Positions 36,905-46,791 are shown, numbered from the stretch's first letter. The stretch: 64,000 nucleotides of DNA from Desulfuromonadales bacterium (GCA_032251255.1 JAVVDY010000005.1:59091-123090); one strand, 5' to 3'. Notes: generated by a model not told the origin, from the letters alone. Made by a program: numbers and translations.

Positions 36905-38307
36905 GCAAGCAAAACCCGCAGATTGTTCTGGTTGATGACGAAACATCGGAGCTGCAGGCCTACAGCTTTCTGCTGAATTCGATGGGCGTACAAAACATCA
37001 CGACCATCTCTGACAGCCGCAAGGTTATCGATTCGCTGCAGGCGATTCCTTTTCCGATCGTCTTTCTCGATCTAAACATGCCACATCTCTCCGGGCAACA
37101 ACTCCTCAGACAGATCAAAACTGAATTTCCGCAAATTCCCGTGATTATCCTGACGGCCAATTCCGAAATAGAGACAGCCGTGGAATGCCTTAAATTAGGA
37201 GCCCACGACTATCTGCTTAAACCGATCAGCATGAATACCTTCGGCTCCGCCCTGCGCAGCGCAATGGAGATAGGTGCTTTGCGTAACGAGGTGATGTCAC
37301 TGAAAGGTGTCTCCTTCGGTGCGTCGACTGAATATCATCCAGCCTTTGCTGATATTGTGACCCAGAGTCCCGTCATGCACAGGCTTTTCCGCTATGTTGA
37401 AGCGATCGCTCCAAGCGGGCAACCTGTATTGATTCAGGGAGAGACAGGTTCGGGCAAGGAGCTTTTGGCCAAGGCAACCCACCGGATCAGCGGAGTTCCC
37501 GGGGAGTTCATCGCCGTCGATGTCTCGGGCCTCGACGACACCCTCTTCGCGGATACCCTGTTCGGCCATGCCAAGGGGGCCTATACAGGGGCAAACACAG
37601 TCCGCTCCGGGCTGCTGGAAAAAGCCGCAGAGGGCACCGTTTTCCTCGATGAGATAGGTGATCTGAGCGAACTATCACAGGTCAAGCTGCTGCGCCTGCT
37701 GCAGGAAGGGATCTACTATCCGCTCGGTTCCGACCAGCCGAAACAGTGTCGGGCACGTGTTATTGCTGCTGCCAACAAGGATTTAAGCCGCATGGCCATG
37801 CAGAACGAAGGCTTCCGGATGGATCTCTATTACCGGCTCAGCACCCACCTGGTGAAAGTCCCCCCACTACGCGAACGAAAAGAAGACATTCCACTGCTGG
37901 CTGAACACCTTATCTCTGAAGCCGCCTCGGGAATGGGCAAGCGGACCCCATCGCTTCACGATCAGGCGATGCACCTGTTGCTGCGCCAACCCTTCCGGGG
38001 CAATATTCGTGAGCTCAAGACCTACCTTTTCGATGCGGTGGCCCGTTGCCTGACGGATGAGATTCCCGAACAGTTGATCGCCGAACGACTCCCGAGCGAA
38101 AAACCTTATCCCGAAGGGGAGATGCAGACAAAAGCAGATTTGGAAAAAATCTTCGGATCTTTCCCAGCGCTGGACGAATTGATCGAGTACGCGATAAATC
38201 AGGCCCTGCAGTCAACCGGAAACAATCAAAGCCAGGCAGCCAAACTGCTCGGCATCTCGAAACAGGCCCTGCACAAACGGCTTAAAAACAGGCGAAAACG
38301 GAACTAG
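36892..38307 (+). CDS. Sigma-54-dependent response regulator (REC - AAA+ - Fis-type HTH, NtrC family)
   Basis: REC domain (VDDE...FLDLNMP...K), GETGSGKE Walker A, GAYTGA (GAFTGA-type loop), and a C-terminal QSQAAKLLGISKQALHKRLK. It overlaps the kinase stop by 13 nt. Confidence 0.92.
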   Translation: MLDLSKQNPQIVLVDDETSELQAYSFLLNSMGVQNITTISDSRKVIDSLQAIPFPIVFLDLNMPHLSGQQLLRQIKTEFPQIPVIILTANSEIETAVECLKLGAHDYLLKPISMNTFGSALRSAMEIGALRNEVMSLKGVSFGASTEYHPAFADIVTQSPVMHRLFRYVEAIAPSGQPVLIQGETGSGKELLAKATHRISGVPGEFIAVDVSGLDDTLFADTLFGHAKGAYTGANTVRSGLLEKAAEGTVFLDEIGDLSELSQVKLLRLLQEGIYYPLGSDQPKQCRARVIAAANKDLSRMAMQNEGFRMDLYYRLSTHLVKVPPLRERKEDIPLLAEHLISEAASGMGKRTPSLHDQAMHLLLRQPFRGNIRELKTYLFDAVARCLTDEIPEQLIAERLPSEKPYPEGEMQTKADLEKIFGSFPALDELIEYAINQALQSTGNNQSQAAKLLGISKQALHKRLKNRRKRN

Positions 38308-38376
38308 GCCAATCTCCAGCAGTCTCCTCCAAGAAGAACAGAAGTCAAGATCCCGCTCAGAAAAATCCGCAGAGTT

Positions 38377-38428
38377 CCGTCAACTTTAGCTGACGGCGTC
38401 AACCATGGTTGACCCTCGCGGTTGACGG
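38377..38428. promoter_or_regulatory. Cluster of GTCAAC/GTTGAC half-sites (candidate enhancer/UAS for the NtrC-type regulator)
   Basis: Three elements are read directly: CCGTCAAC-tta-GCTGACGG (38377-38396), the perfect 16-bp palindrome GTCAACCATGGTTGAC (38398-38413), and GTTGACGG (38421-38428). The cluster lies about 85-130 nt upstream of the -24 element. Confidence 0.55.
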
Positions 38429-38509
38429 CACCTTCGGCGCCCTCCCCACGTCTCTGAGTTAAAAAAATAACCATCAGTAATCATGGGGACTTATCCGACT
38501 TTCGATGCT

Positions 38510-38525
38510 TGGCACATCAGTTGCT
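38510..38525 (+). promoter_or_regulatory. Consensus sigma-54 (-24/-12) promoter
   Basis: TGGCAC-atcag-TTGCT is an exact match to TGGCAC-N5-TTGCW. It lies 110 nt upstream of the binding-protein ATG. Confidence 0.85.
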
Positions 38526-38635
38526 TTTCCAATCGTGAGTTGTCAATCGACCTACATGGAGAGGGCTGCCAATCCGGTAAAGCCCGCATCAATGACTCCG
38601 CTGACGCGGAAATTCCAAATGAAGAGGAGACGCAC

Positions 38636-39877
38636 ATGAAATTGCTGAAGAAGTTGGTAATCCCCGTTGTCGTCCTGGCGATGACTGTCACCACCTTCGG
38701 GGTCAGCCAGGCCTCGACCACGACAGTTAAAATCGGCAACATCATCCCGCTGTCAGGCCCTTCGGCCTCGGTCGGCATCCAGGGCAAGCAGGCCCGCGAA
38801 ATGGCCCTGGAGGAGATCAACAGTTCAGGCGGGATCAAGTCCCTGGGCGGCGCCAAACTGGAACTGCTGTTCGCCGACAGCAAAAGCGATCCGACCACCG
38901 GTGTCACCGAAGCCGAGCGGATGATCAACACCGAAAAGGTTCATATCCTGACGGGATGCTGGAACTCAGCCGTTACCTACCCGACGACCCAGGTAGCCGA
39001 ACGCTATGGCATCCCCTTTATTGTGCCTGTTTCAGTCCGTGACACCATCACCGAGCGTGGCTTCAAGAACGTCTTCCGCATTGCTGCAAAAGACGGTTGG
39101 TGGGCAAAGGACCAGTTCAAATTCCTGAAAGACATGCAGGACGAGTTCGGTGTTGACGTCAAGAAGGTAGCTTTCGTCTATGAAAACGGCGACTGGGGCG
39201 TCGGCTTCGCCGAAAAGTGGAAAGTATTCGCCAAGGAAGCCGGCTATGAGGTTGTTCTTGACGAGCCCTATCCCAGCACCGCCAGCGACCTGACCCCGGT
39301 CGTCATCAAACTCAAGCGCGCCAAGCCCGACGTGGTCTTCATGACCTCCAATGCAGCCGATGCTATCCTGCTGACCAACACCATGGCGGAAATGAAAGTC
39401 AACGTGAAAGCGATCATCTCCAGCGGTGGCGGTCACGCCGATCCCTCCTTTCTCGCTGCCGCAGGCAAAAACGCCGAGTACCTGTTCGATATCGTCGAGT
39501 GGGAAACCGACCTCAACCGTCCCGGCCTGCAAGAGACCAACGAGAAGTACAAGAAACTCTACGGTCACAACATGAACGGTGAGTCGGTTGATGCCTACGC
39601 GGCCATGTACGTTATCAAGGAAGCCCTCGAGCAGGCCGGCTCCACTGATCCTGCAGCGCTGCGCAAGACCCTCTCCGAAATCCAGGTCTGTGGCGGCAAG
39701 GCGGGACTGCTGGCCTATGACTGCGTCGACTTTGACGAGACCGGACAGAACAAGAACGCGAGCCTGGTTATCGTCCAGACCCGCACGAACGGCGCAGAGA
39801 TGGACCGCATCACCGTCTGGCCGAAAAACGTCAGACGTGCCGGTTACACCCCGGTATTCCCCCAGCCTACAAAATAA
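38636..39877 (+). CDS. ABC transporter periplasmic substrate-binding protein (branched-chain/hydrophobic amino acid, LivK-like type 1 PBP)
   Basis: Signal peptide MKLLKKLVIPVVVLAMT. ...VKIGNIIPLSGPSASVGIQGKQA.EMALEEIN..GGI is typical of the Leu/Ile/Val-binding family. GAGGAG RBS; the upstream part of the ORF is the promoter region. Confidence 0.88.
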   Translation: MKLLKKLVIPVVVLAMTVTTFGVSQASTTTVKIGNIIPLSGPSASVGIQGKQAREMALEEINSSGGIKSLGGAKLELLFADSKSDPTTGVTEAERMINTEKVHILTGCWNSAVTYPTTQVAERYGIPFIVPVSVRDTITERGFKNVFRIAAKDGWWAKDQFKFLKDMQDEFGVDVKKVAFVYENGDWGVGFAEKWKVFAKEAGYEVVLDEPYPSTASDLTPVVIKLKRAKPDVVFMTSNAADAILLTNTMAEMKVNVKAIISSGGGHADPSFLAAAGKNAEYLFDIVEWETDLNRPGLQETNEKYKKLYGHNMNGESVDAYAAMYVIKEALEQAGSTDPAALRKTLSEIQVCGGKAGLLAYDCVDFDETGQNKNASLVIVQTRTNGAEMDRITVWPKNVRRAGYTPVFPQPTK

Positions 39878-39943
39878 ACGGACAGCTGACCAACAGGACG
39901 GAGAGCCATCTCCGTCCTGTTCCAGTTGCTGGAAGGAGCTTGA

Positions 39944-40828
39944 ATGATAGGCATTATCGAAGCACTGATTAACGGCATCCTGATGGGCTCGATCTACGGC
40001 CTGACGGCTGTCGGTCTGACGCTGATTTTCGGCGTCATGAAGGTTATCAACTTCGCCCACGGATCGATCCTGATGGTGGGGATGTTCGCCGCATACTGGT
40101 TTGTTATCCTGACCGGCTGGAACCCCTATCTGGCAATCCTGATTGTGGTGCCGCTGCTGTTCTATTTCGGTTACTTCATGCAGAGCTGGGTGATAAAACC
40201 GATTTTCGAAGCGGAGAAGGATGTCCGTGAACCGATAACCGTCATTATCGTCACGACCGGGATCTGGTACGTACTGGACAACCTGGCACTGATGATCTTC
40301 GGTGCTGAATTTCGCGTCGCAAAGACCACGGTCACCGGCAAGATAGTTGAGTTTATGGATATGTACTTCCTGCTGCCGAAAGTAATCGGGGCGGGGATTA
40401 CCATCGCCTGTGGAATCTACCTCTACTGGTTCCTGAAACATTCGAAGATGGGCAAAGCGATCCGGGCCACCAGCCTCGACCGGGAAGCCGCGTCGCTGAT
40501 GGGAATTAAGCAATCAAAGATCTACAACATTGCATTCGGCCTGGGCAGCGCCTGCTGCGGCATGGCTGCCTGCGTCCTGGTTCCATTTTATTACGTCTAT
40601 CCGACTGTCGGCGTCCCCTTTGATATCAAAGCATTCATCATTGTGGTGCTTGGCGGTCTTGGCAGTATTCCGGGGGCAATCCTCGGCGGAGTAATCATCG
40701 GTATTATCGAGAATGTCGGTGCTCAGTTCATGGCCGCCACATGGACCGAACTGCTGCTCTACGCAGTCTTCCTGTTCGTCTTGCTGGTGAAACCGTCCGG
40801 GCTGTTCGGACTCAAGCAGGACTTTTAG
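39944..40828 (+). CDS. livH: Branched-chain amino acid ABC transporter permease (LivH type)
   Basis: 294 aa, multi-TM. ...NGILMGSIYGLTAVGLTLIFGVMKVINFAHG.... Confidence 0.9.
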   Translation: MIGIIEALINGILMGSIYGLTAVGLTLIFGVMKVINFAHGSILMVGMFAAYWFVILTGWNPYLAILIVVPLLFYFGYFMQSWVIKPIFEAEKDVREPITVIIVTTGIWYVLDNLALMIFGAEFRVAKTTVTGKIVEFMDMYFLLPKVIGAGITIACGIYLYWFLKHSKMGKAIRATSLDREAASLMGIKQSKIYNIAFGLGSACCGMAACVLVPFYYVYPTVGVPFDIKAFIIVVLGGLGSIPGAILGGVIIGIIENVGAQFMAATWTELLLYAVFLFVLLVKPSGLFGLKQDF

Positions 40829-40840
40829 GAGATCATATCG

Positions 40841-41887
40841 ATGAAGAATTATTTAAATCAGAATCCTGTTGTCTTGAAGCTTACGATTCTCCTGCTGGCC
40901 GCCCTGTTCCTGTTGCCCCTGGTGGTGACCAGCCCAACCCTCATGCAGATTTTCATCCTGGTGATCCTTTACGCCTACTTCACCTCGACCTGGAATTTTG
41001 TCGGCGGCTTTGCCGGGGTTCTCCCGCTTGGGCATTCAGCCTTTGTCGGGATCGGCGCCTACACCTCCACGGTCCTGCTGCAGACCTATGGACTAAGCCC
41101 CTGGTTCGGCATGATTGTCGGCGGTCTCCTGGCAGCGATCGTCGGGGTCATCATCGGCCTGCCGACCCTGAAGCTGCGTGGCGCCTATTTCGCCCTGGCG
41201 ACGATCGCCGTCGGCGAAGGGATCCGGGTCCTCTTCGAGAACGTCAAGCAAGTCGGACCGTTTAAAATCAACGGCCCGAGCGGCATTTCGATTACCCTGA
41301 CCGAAAACTCCTTCACAGCCTTTCAGTTCGACACCAAGGCGCCCTACTACTACATCATCCTGATCATGCTGCTGGTCGTGCTGCTGCTGACCTACTACAT
41401 GATGAATTCGAAGATCGGCTACTACCTGGCCGCCGGCGGTGAAGAACCTGAAGCAGCCGAAGCACTCGGGATCAAGGTCTCCCGCTACAAGGTGATAGCC
41501 ATGGCGATCAGTTGTTTCCTGACGGCCCTGGGTGGCACCTTCTACGCACAGTTGATGCTCTATTTTTACCCGAAGTCGATCCTTGGCCTTGACCTCTCGT
41601 ATGAGATTGCCTTTATCGCTCTGATCGGCGGGCGCGGCACCATCCTGGGACCGGTACTGGGTGCCCTGCTGCTCAGGCCGGTCAGTGAATTGACCAGAAT
41701 CTATATCGGCGACATGCTGCCCGGACTGCACCTGGTAATTTTCGGGCTGATCCTGATCATTGTCATGCGCTACTACCCGAAAGGCCTGGTTGTCCCGGTT
41801 AAGGCCCTGTTCAACAGGCACATCATTGACCGATTCAGCAAACCCAAGAGGATTGATGAATCGACAACGACAGAGAAAGCCGACTGA
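40841..41887 (+). CDS. livM: Branched-chain amino acid ABC transporter permease (LivM type)
   Basis: 348 aa, multi-TM. ...GGFAGVLPLGHSAFVGIGAY...LKLRGAYFALATIAVGE.... Confidence 0.9.
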   Translation: MKNYLNQNPVVLKLTILLLAALFLLPLVVTSPTLMQIFILVILYAYFTSTWNFVGGFAGVLPLGHSAFVGIGAYTSTVLLQTYGLSPWFGMIVGGLLAAIVGVIIGLPTLKLRGAYFALATIAVGEGIRVLFENVKQVGPFKINGPSGISITLTENSFTAFQFDTKAPYYYIILIMLLVVLLLTYYMMNSKIGYYLAAGGEEPEAAEALGIKVSRYKVIAMAISCFLTALGGTFYAQLMLYFYPKSILGLDLSYEIAFIALIGGRGTILGPVLGALLLRPVSELTRIYIGDMLPGLHLVIFGLILIIVMRYYPKGLVVPVKALFNRHIIDRFSKPKRIDESTTTEKAD

Positions 41888-41904
41888 GGTGTTAAGGAGC
41901 AGCC

Positions 41905-42636
41905 ATGTCATTACTTGAAGTAAAAAATGTCACCAAAAAGTTCAGCGGGCTGATCGCCGTCAACGATGTCTCGTTGACCGTCGAAGCTGGCCAGATTGTC
42001 GGTGTTATCGGTCCCAATGGAGCAGGAAAAACGACCCTCTTCAACTGCATCGCCGGTGCCTTGCCGCCGACTTCCGGAAGCATTATTTTCAACGGCAAGG
42101 AGATCGCAGGGAAGAAACCTTATGAAATCTGCCAGCTCGGCGTAACCAGAACCTTTCAGGTGGTAAAACCGTTCGGCAGCAAGACAGTTCTCTACAACAC
42201 GATGGTCGGTGCCTTTGCGCAGACCCAGCACCTGCACGAGGCTGAAGAAAAGGCGCTTGAAGTTCTCAAGTTTCTCGACCTCGACCATAAGAAGGATGTC
42301 GTTTCGAAAAGTCTGACCCTCCCGGAGCGGAAAAAACTGGAGTTGGCCCGCGCGCTGGCCACCCAGCCGAAACTGCTGCTGCTCGACGAGGTCATGGCCG
42401 GATTGCGTCCATCAGAAGTCACCGAGATGCTGCCGACCATCCGCAAGATCAACCAGACCGGCGTCACCATCGTCATTGTAGAACACATCATGCAGGCGAT
42501 CATGAACCTGTCGGAGAAGATCTATGTCATCAGCTTCGGCAAGAAGATCGCCGAGGGCGACCCGCACGACGTGGTCGCCGATGAAGAAGTTATCAAGGCT
42601 TACCTGGGAGAAGAATATGTCGCTACTCAACATTGA
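41905..42636 (+). CDS. livG: Branched-chain amino acid ABC transporter ATP-binding protein (LivG type)
   Basis: GPNGAGKTT Walker A, LELARALA (signature region) and LLLDEVMAGL Walker B. Confidence 0.92.
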   Translation: MSLLEVKNVTKKFSGLIAVNDVSLTVEAGQIVGVIGPNGAGKTTLFNCIAGALPPTSGSIIFNGKEIAGKKPYEICQLGVTRTFQVVKPFGSKTVLYNTMVGAFAQTQHLHEAEEKALEVLKFLDLDHKKDVVSKSLTLPERKKLELARALATQPKLLLLDEVMAGLRPSEVTEMLPTIRKINQTGVTIVIVEHIMQAIMNLSEKIYVISFGKKIAEGDPHDVVADEEVIKAYLGEEYVATQH

Positions 42637-43330
42637 CAAAATCAACGCCGGCTACGGCGAGATACAGGTTCTGTTCGACATCTCCCTGCAGGTCAAGGAA
42701 GGTGAAATCGTCAGCATCATCGGCGCTAACGGTGCCGGCAAATCGACCCTGCTCAAAACCATCTCAGGACTGATTGTCCCTGATTCGGGGACGGTCACAT
42801 TTGATGGCAAGCCGATCCAGGGATTGCCCGCCGACGAAATCGTCGAACAGGCATTGATACATGTGCCCGAAGGAAGACGCCTGTTCTCGCTGATGAGTGT
42901 CTATGAAAACCTCGAGATGGGGGCCTACAGCAAGCGCGCGACAGAGAATTTCGACAAGAACCTGGAAGAGGTCCATAAACTGTTCCCCCGGCTGAGTGAA
43001 CGAGAAAAACAGCTGGCGGGGACCCTCAGTGGCGGCGAACAGCAGATGGTCGCAATCGGCCGCGGCATCATGGCCCAGCCGCGCATTCTGATGCTCGATG
43101 AGCCCTCTCTCGGCCTGGCACCAGTTCTGAAAAAGGACATTTTTGCTGCCATCAAAAAGATCGCCGAGGAATACGGAACCACGATCGTCCTGGTCGAACA
43201 GGACGTCATGAATTCACTGGGAATCAGCGACCGGGCCTATGTTATGGAGCAGGGACAGGTGGTTATTGAAGGAACCAGCGATGAACTGATGAACGATCCG
43301 CACATAAAAAAGGCCTTCCTGGGATTATAA
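42617..43330 (+). CDS. livF: Branched-chain amino acid ABC transporter ATP-binding protein (LivF type)
   Basis: MSLLNIDKINAGYG..., GANGAGKST, LSGGEQQMVAIGRG, MLDEPSLGLAP. The ATG at 42617 overlaps the livG end by 20 nt. Confidence 0.92.
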   Translation: MSLLNIDKINAGYGEIQVLFDISLQVKEGEIVSIIGANGAGKSTLLKTISGLIVPDSGTVTFDGKPIQGLPADEIVEQALIHVPEGRRLFSLMSVYENLEMGAYSKRATENFDKNLEEVHKLFPRLSEREKQLAGTLSGGEQQMVAIGRGIMAQPRILMLDEPSLGLAPVLKKDIFAAIKKIAEEYGTTIVLVEQDVMNSLGISDRAYVMEQGQVVIEGTSDELMNDPHIKKAFLGL

Positions 43331-43394
43331 GATCAAGATAGAAGAGGATCTCCTGCGAAGTCAAATTGACCAATGGCCAGTAATTTTGTCAATG

Positions 43395-43428
43395 ACATTG
43401 ATTCCCCGTCCATGCGGGGAATCAATGT
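43395..43428. terminator. 14-bp perfect hairpin after livF
   Basis: acattgattccccg-tccatg-cggggaatcaatgt. There is no U-run. Confidence 0.45.
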
Positions 43429-43800
43429 TCATACGGCAGCCCACCATCCCGACAAGCCGAGGACGAATCCCCAGGCTGTCCCCACAGACAAGCTGCTGTA
43501 CTCACAATCTCCTTTCTCACCGCAACCCACACGGTTCTTCTTACCTGCTCCCTGCCACACTCAAGCCAGAAAGATCAAAGTTCAAAAGGATCCGGTCGTT
43601 CTTTAAATTCTCATGGCCCGTCCATCCGATCAATTCCAGGCCCTGCCAGAACGAAACTCATCGTCACGCCATGTTTCACAGAACATCGTTTTCAATTTGC
43701 CCGATAATAATAATTATAAATATTTCATTTTTTTAAGAAAATGAAATTTCCCCTTTTCTTATAGGCATTTGGCAGGCGTAAACAAATAGAACAAGGCTTA

Positions 43801-43839
43801 TTGACAGACAATAATTTCTTGTATACATTCTGTATACAA
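43801..43839 (+). promoter_or_regulatory. Sigma-70-like promoter overlapped by a 21-bp perfect inverted repeat (candidate GntR operator)
   Basis: TTGACA at 43801-43806. The inverted repeat TTGTATACA-ttc-TGTATACAA (43819-43839) covers the -10 region. Each arm has the GT-N-AC core typical of GntR/FadR-type operators. Confidence 0.55.
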
Positions 43840-43862
43840 ACTTTCGACAAGGGAGTATTGCC

Positions 43863-45080
43863 TTGAAATCAGCCCCTGAAACAGAAATCAACAGCATCCC
43901 GATCAAGGTCTGCATTGTTGGAGGCGGTAACGCAGCCCAGGCAATGGCAGCACTGTTTCCCCACCAGGGGATCCCCTGTAATATGTTTGTTCCATATGGA
44001 GATGAAGCTGAGCGAATCCAGAGAGCAATTGACGATCAAGGCTTCATTGTGGCCGAATTTGCATCTCACAATGAACCTTCGGGGGAGGTCAGAGGAAAGC
44101 CCGACAAAATTTCCCAAAATGCCGCCGATGTCGTCCCTGACTGCAATGTGCTGATCCTGCCGTTACCATCCTTCGCCTACAGAGACGTTATCTCCCAGAT
44201 CAAGCCTTACCTACAGAAAGGCACATATATTGGAGCAACCCCAGGGCAAGGCGGCTTTGACTGGCTCGCTAAAGAAGTTTTGGGAGACGTTGCAGAAGAT
44301 ATCGTCCTGTTTTCAATCCTGCCGATGCCGTTCAACTGCAGGATTATCGAATTTGGCAAACGGGTCTATGTGCAGGAGTTCAAGCGCAGATACAAGATTG
44401 GTGCGACCCCGGCCGAACACTGCGACGGCGCTGTGACAATCAACAACCAGCTGTTTGGCTACTCCGAAAGCTGTGGGAACTCCTTGAGTTGTTCCCTCTA
44501 CCCGATAAACGCAGTGATTCATCCGGCACGCCTCTATGCCCTCTGCAAGGACTGGCAGCCCGGCACTTTTCTCGCGGAGAACCCTTTATTTTACGAAGAC
44601 ATAAACGATGAATCCGCGGAATTGATGGATGCGGTCAGCAAAGAAGTAATCGATATCGCACAGGCTCTTACCGATGCCGGAATCGAAGGCGTTTCCGTAC
44701 CCCACATACAGGATTTCCTGGTCCATTATGTGTATCGCGACCCGTCTCCGACGCTGAAGGATTTTTTCGCAACGAACCGAGCTTACAAAGGTTTTCGTTG
44801 TCCCTTTCTAGAAAACAAGAACGGCTGGATTCCTGACTTTGCCAACCGGTATTTCACCGAAGATATCCCTCTGGGACTCTGCCTTTATAAAGGTGTGGCG
44901 GAAATCGTCGGAGTTGAGACACCCGTCATCTGCAAGATATTGAACTGGGCCCAGGCACATATGGGGAAAGAGTATCTTGTCGATGGCCACCTGACGGGGA
45001 GGGATGTGAATGAAACAGCCTGCCCGCAGCGCTTTGGGATAACAACCGTAGAGCAGTTAAAAACCTTATCAGAGGTATGA
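43863..45080 (+). CDS. NAD(P)-dependent octopine/nopaline (opine) dehydrogenase family protein
   Basis: Rossmann VCIVGGGNAAQAMAA, and a C-terminal helical domain with ...RYFTEDIPLGLCLYKGVAEIVGVETPVICKILNWAQ typical of the family. TTG start with an AAGGGAG RBS. Confidence 0.75.
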   Translation: MKSAPETEINSIPIKVCIVGGGNAAQAMAALFPHQGIPCNMFVPYGDEAERIQRAIDDQGFIVAEFASHNEPSGEVRGKPDKISQNAADVVPDCNVLILPLPSFAYRDVISQIKPYLQKGTYIGATPGQGGFDWLAKEVLGDVAEDIVLFSILPMPFNCRIIEFGKRVYVQEFKRRYKIGATPAEHCDGAVTINNQLFGYSESCGNSLSCSLYPINAVIHPARLYALCKDWQPGTFLAENPLFYEDINDESAELMDAVSKEVIDIAQALTDAGIEGVSVPHIQDFLVHYVYRDPSPTLKDFFATNRAYKGFRCPFLENKNGWIPDFANRYFTEDIPLGLCLYKGVAEIVGVETPVICKILNWAQAHMGKEYLVDGHLTGRDVNETACPQRFGITTVEQLKTLSEV

Positions 45081-45156
45081 ACAAAGGGGCAATTTTGAGC
45101 TGCCAATGTTTCCCTGACAACAGATCATCAACCCAACTGAAAAAGGAGAAAAGAAA

Positions 45157-45951
45157 ATGAGAAAAACAATCAAGATCCTGATAACGATGTTCGCCCTTTG
45201 CGCCTTCCTGATCCCGATGACCGCAAGCGCCGGGATTATGGAAAAAATTTCCAGCGAGAAGGTACTCCGTGTAGGTGTCGCCCCATGGAAGAACTTTATT
45301 CAAAAAAACCTTAAAACCGGTGAATATGAAGGCATTATAGCCGATGACCTGAAAAACTTTGAAAAAGAGACAGGCATCAAAGTCGAAATCACTGAAACGA
45401 CCTGGGGGGGCATGATTGCAGGGCTGCAGACAGGCAAATGGGACGCCATCATGAATGGGCTGGGCGCAACGGTTCAGCGATCCGTTGCTGTGGCGTTTAC
45501 GGAATCTTATGGCAACTACGCCGAAGCCTCCCTGATCCGGGCCGGCGATGACGTTAAGTCGTTTGCCGATCTGGACCAAAAAGGCAATATTATTGCCTGC
45601 ATTGGCGGGACAAGTGCCCAAACACTGTGGACGGGGAAATTCAAGAACGCGGAAGTGAAGGCATATTCCGATTCGACCACAGCCATTCTGGAGGTCATCC
45701 AGGGGCGCGCCAAGGCATTCATGAGCGACTCACTGGTCAATGCATTCCGCGCCAAAGAACGGCCGGAACTGGAACTGTTCATTCCGGAAAACACCTCCTG
45801 GTTCTACCAGGCACACGCAGTCAGGTATGACGACCCGGACCTGCTGGCTTTCCTCAATACCTATATCCGCAACATGCGTGTCCGCGGGTGGTATGACGAA
45901 CTGGGGGCCAAATACGGCATGCCGGCAACCTGGGCCAAGGGGAAGCCATAA
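45157..45951 (+). CDS. Polar amino-acid ABC transporter substrate-binding protein (family 3 SBP)
   Basis: Signal peptide. ...LRVGV...D..G...G...D......G.K.E.....W..MI..LQTGKWDAIMNG.... AAGGAG RBS. Confidence 0.85.
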   Translation: MRKTIKILITMFALCAFLIPMTASAGIMEKISSEKVLRVGVAPWKNFIQKNLKTGEYEGIIADDLKNFEKETGIKVEITETTWGGMIAGLQTGKWDAIMNGLGATVQRSVAVAFTESYGNYAEASLIRAGDDVKSFADLDQKGNIIACIGGTSAQTLWTGKFKNAEVKAYSDSTTAILEVIQGRAKAFMSDSLVNAFRAKERPELELFIPENTSWFYQAHAVRYDDPDLLAFLNTYIRNMRVRGWYDELGAKYGMPATWAKGKP

Positions 45952-46091
45952 GCACACTGACATATTGCAGGGCAGATGCGGGATCGCGCGGCTCAACCAA
46001 GTGCGACAAAACCCTTCTGCCCTGCAATGTTGTCAGATCATAAAAGCCCTTTTCATGTGCACCTCAGTGATTTCTACGGGGAGTCAAATTC

Positions 46092-46760
46092 ATGAGCTAT
46101 AATTTCCAATTCAATGTCATTAATGAATACCTTCCCTACCTTATGGAAGGGGCATGGTTTACGATCCGCATTGGTTTCTGGTCGATTTTCTATGCGACAA
46201 TTATCGGACTCATCCTTGCGACACTGCAGATGTCGCACAACAGATTTTTAAAAATCTGTACTGTTATCTATATCGACATTTTTCGAACGATTCCCCTGGT
46301 CGTATTACTGATCTGGATTCATTATGTGCTGCCGATTTTTATCGGAACTTCATTTACGCCTGAACAAAGTGCAATCCTCGCCCTCTCTCTCAATGGTGGC
46401 GCGATGGCCAGCGAGGCCTTCCGTGGAGGATTGGAAGCGATACCTCTCACCCAGATGCAGGCCTCCTACTCTCTCGGATTTTCTCATTTCGGGACGTTGC
46501 GTTATGTCGTTATTCCCCAGGCCGTCTTCTCTACGCTGCCACCCCTGACAAACGTCTATATCACCAACATCAAGAATATTTCTGTCACGATGATTATCGC
46601 TGTTCCCGAAATCATGTTCCGCGCACAGGAGGTCATGGTGCAAACCTTCAGGCCCCTGGAACTGTATACCGCAGCCGCCATTGTCTATATCGTCCTGATC
46701 GTTGTCTTCTCTTATGCCATGAGATTTCTTGAGAAATTAAGAAAATGGGAGCCGATTTAA
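46092..46760 (+). CDS. Amino-acid ABC transporter permease (His/Glu/Gln/Arg/opine family)
   Basis: 222 aa. ...YIDIFRTIPLVVLLIW...LNGGAMASEAFRGGLEAIP..Q..A..SLGFS. Confidence 0.9.
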   Translation: MSYNFQFNVINEYLPYLMEGAWFTIRIGFWSIFYATIIGLILATLQMSHNRFLKICTVIYIDIFRTIPLVVLLIWIHYVLPIFIGTSFTPEQSAILALSLNGGAMASEAFRGGLEAIPLTQMQASYSLGFSHFGTLRYVVIPQAVFSTLPPLTNVYITNIKNISVTMIIAVPEIMFRAQEVMVQTFRPLELYTAAAIVYIVLIVVFSYAMRFLEKLRKWEPI

Positions 46761-46791
46761 TCCTGCATGCTAACGTAAATGGAGAACTGAC

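Noticed and set aside
39032-40513. 493-aa minus-strand ORF spanning the binding-protein and livH genes. Also 51396-52766 (opposite gabT) and 53262-54740 (opposite the AOR gene)
   Set aside because: These are antisense shadow ORFs. They cross gene boundaries on the other strand and have no family resemblance.
43373-43736. Two overlapping plus-strand ORFs (77 and 116 aa), and a 60-aa minus-strand ORF at 43733-43915, in the livF / opine-cassette spacer
   Set aside because: They overlap each other in different frames. They have Pro/Ser/Thr/His-rich low-complexity translations and no RBS. The last one runs antisense through the promoter and start of the dehydrogenase gene.
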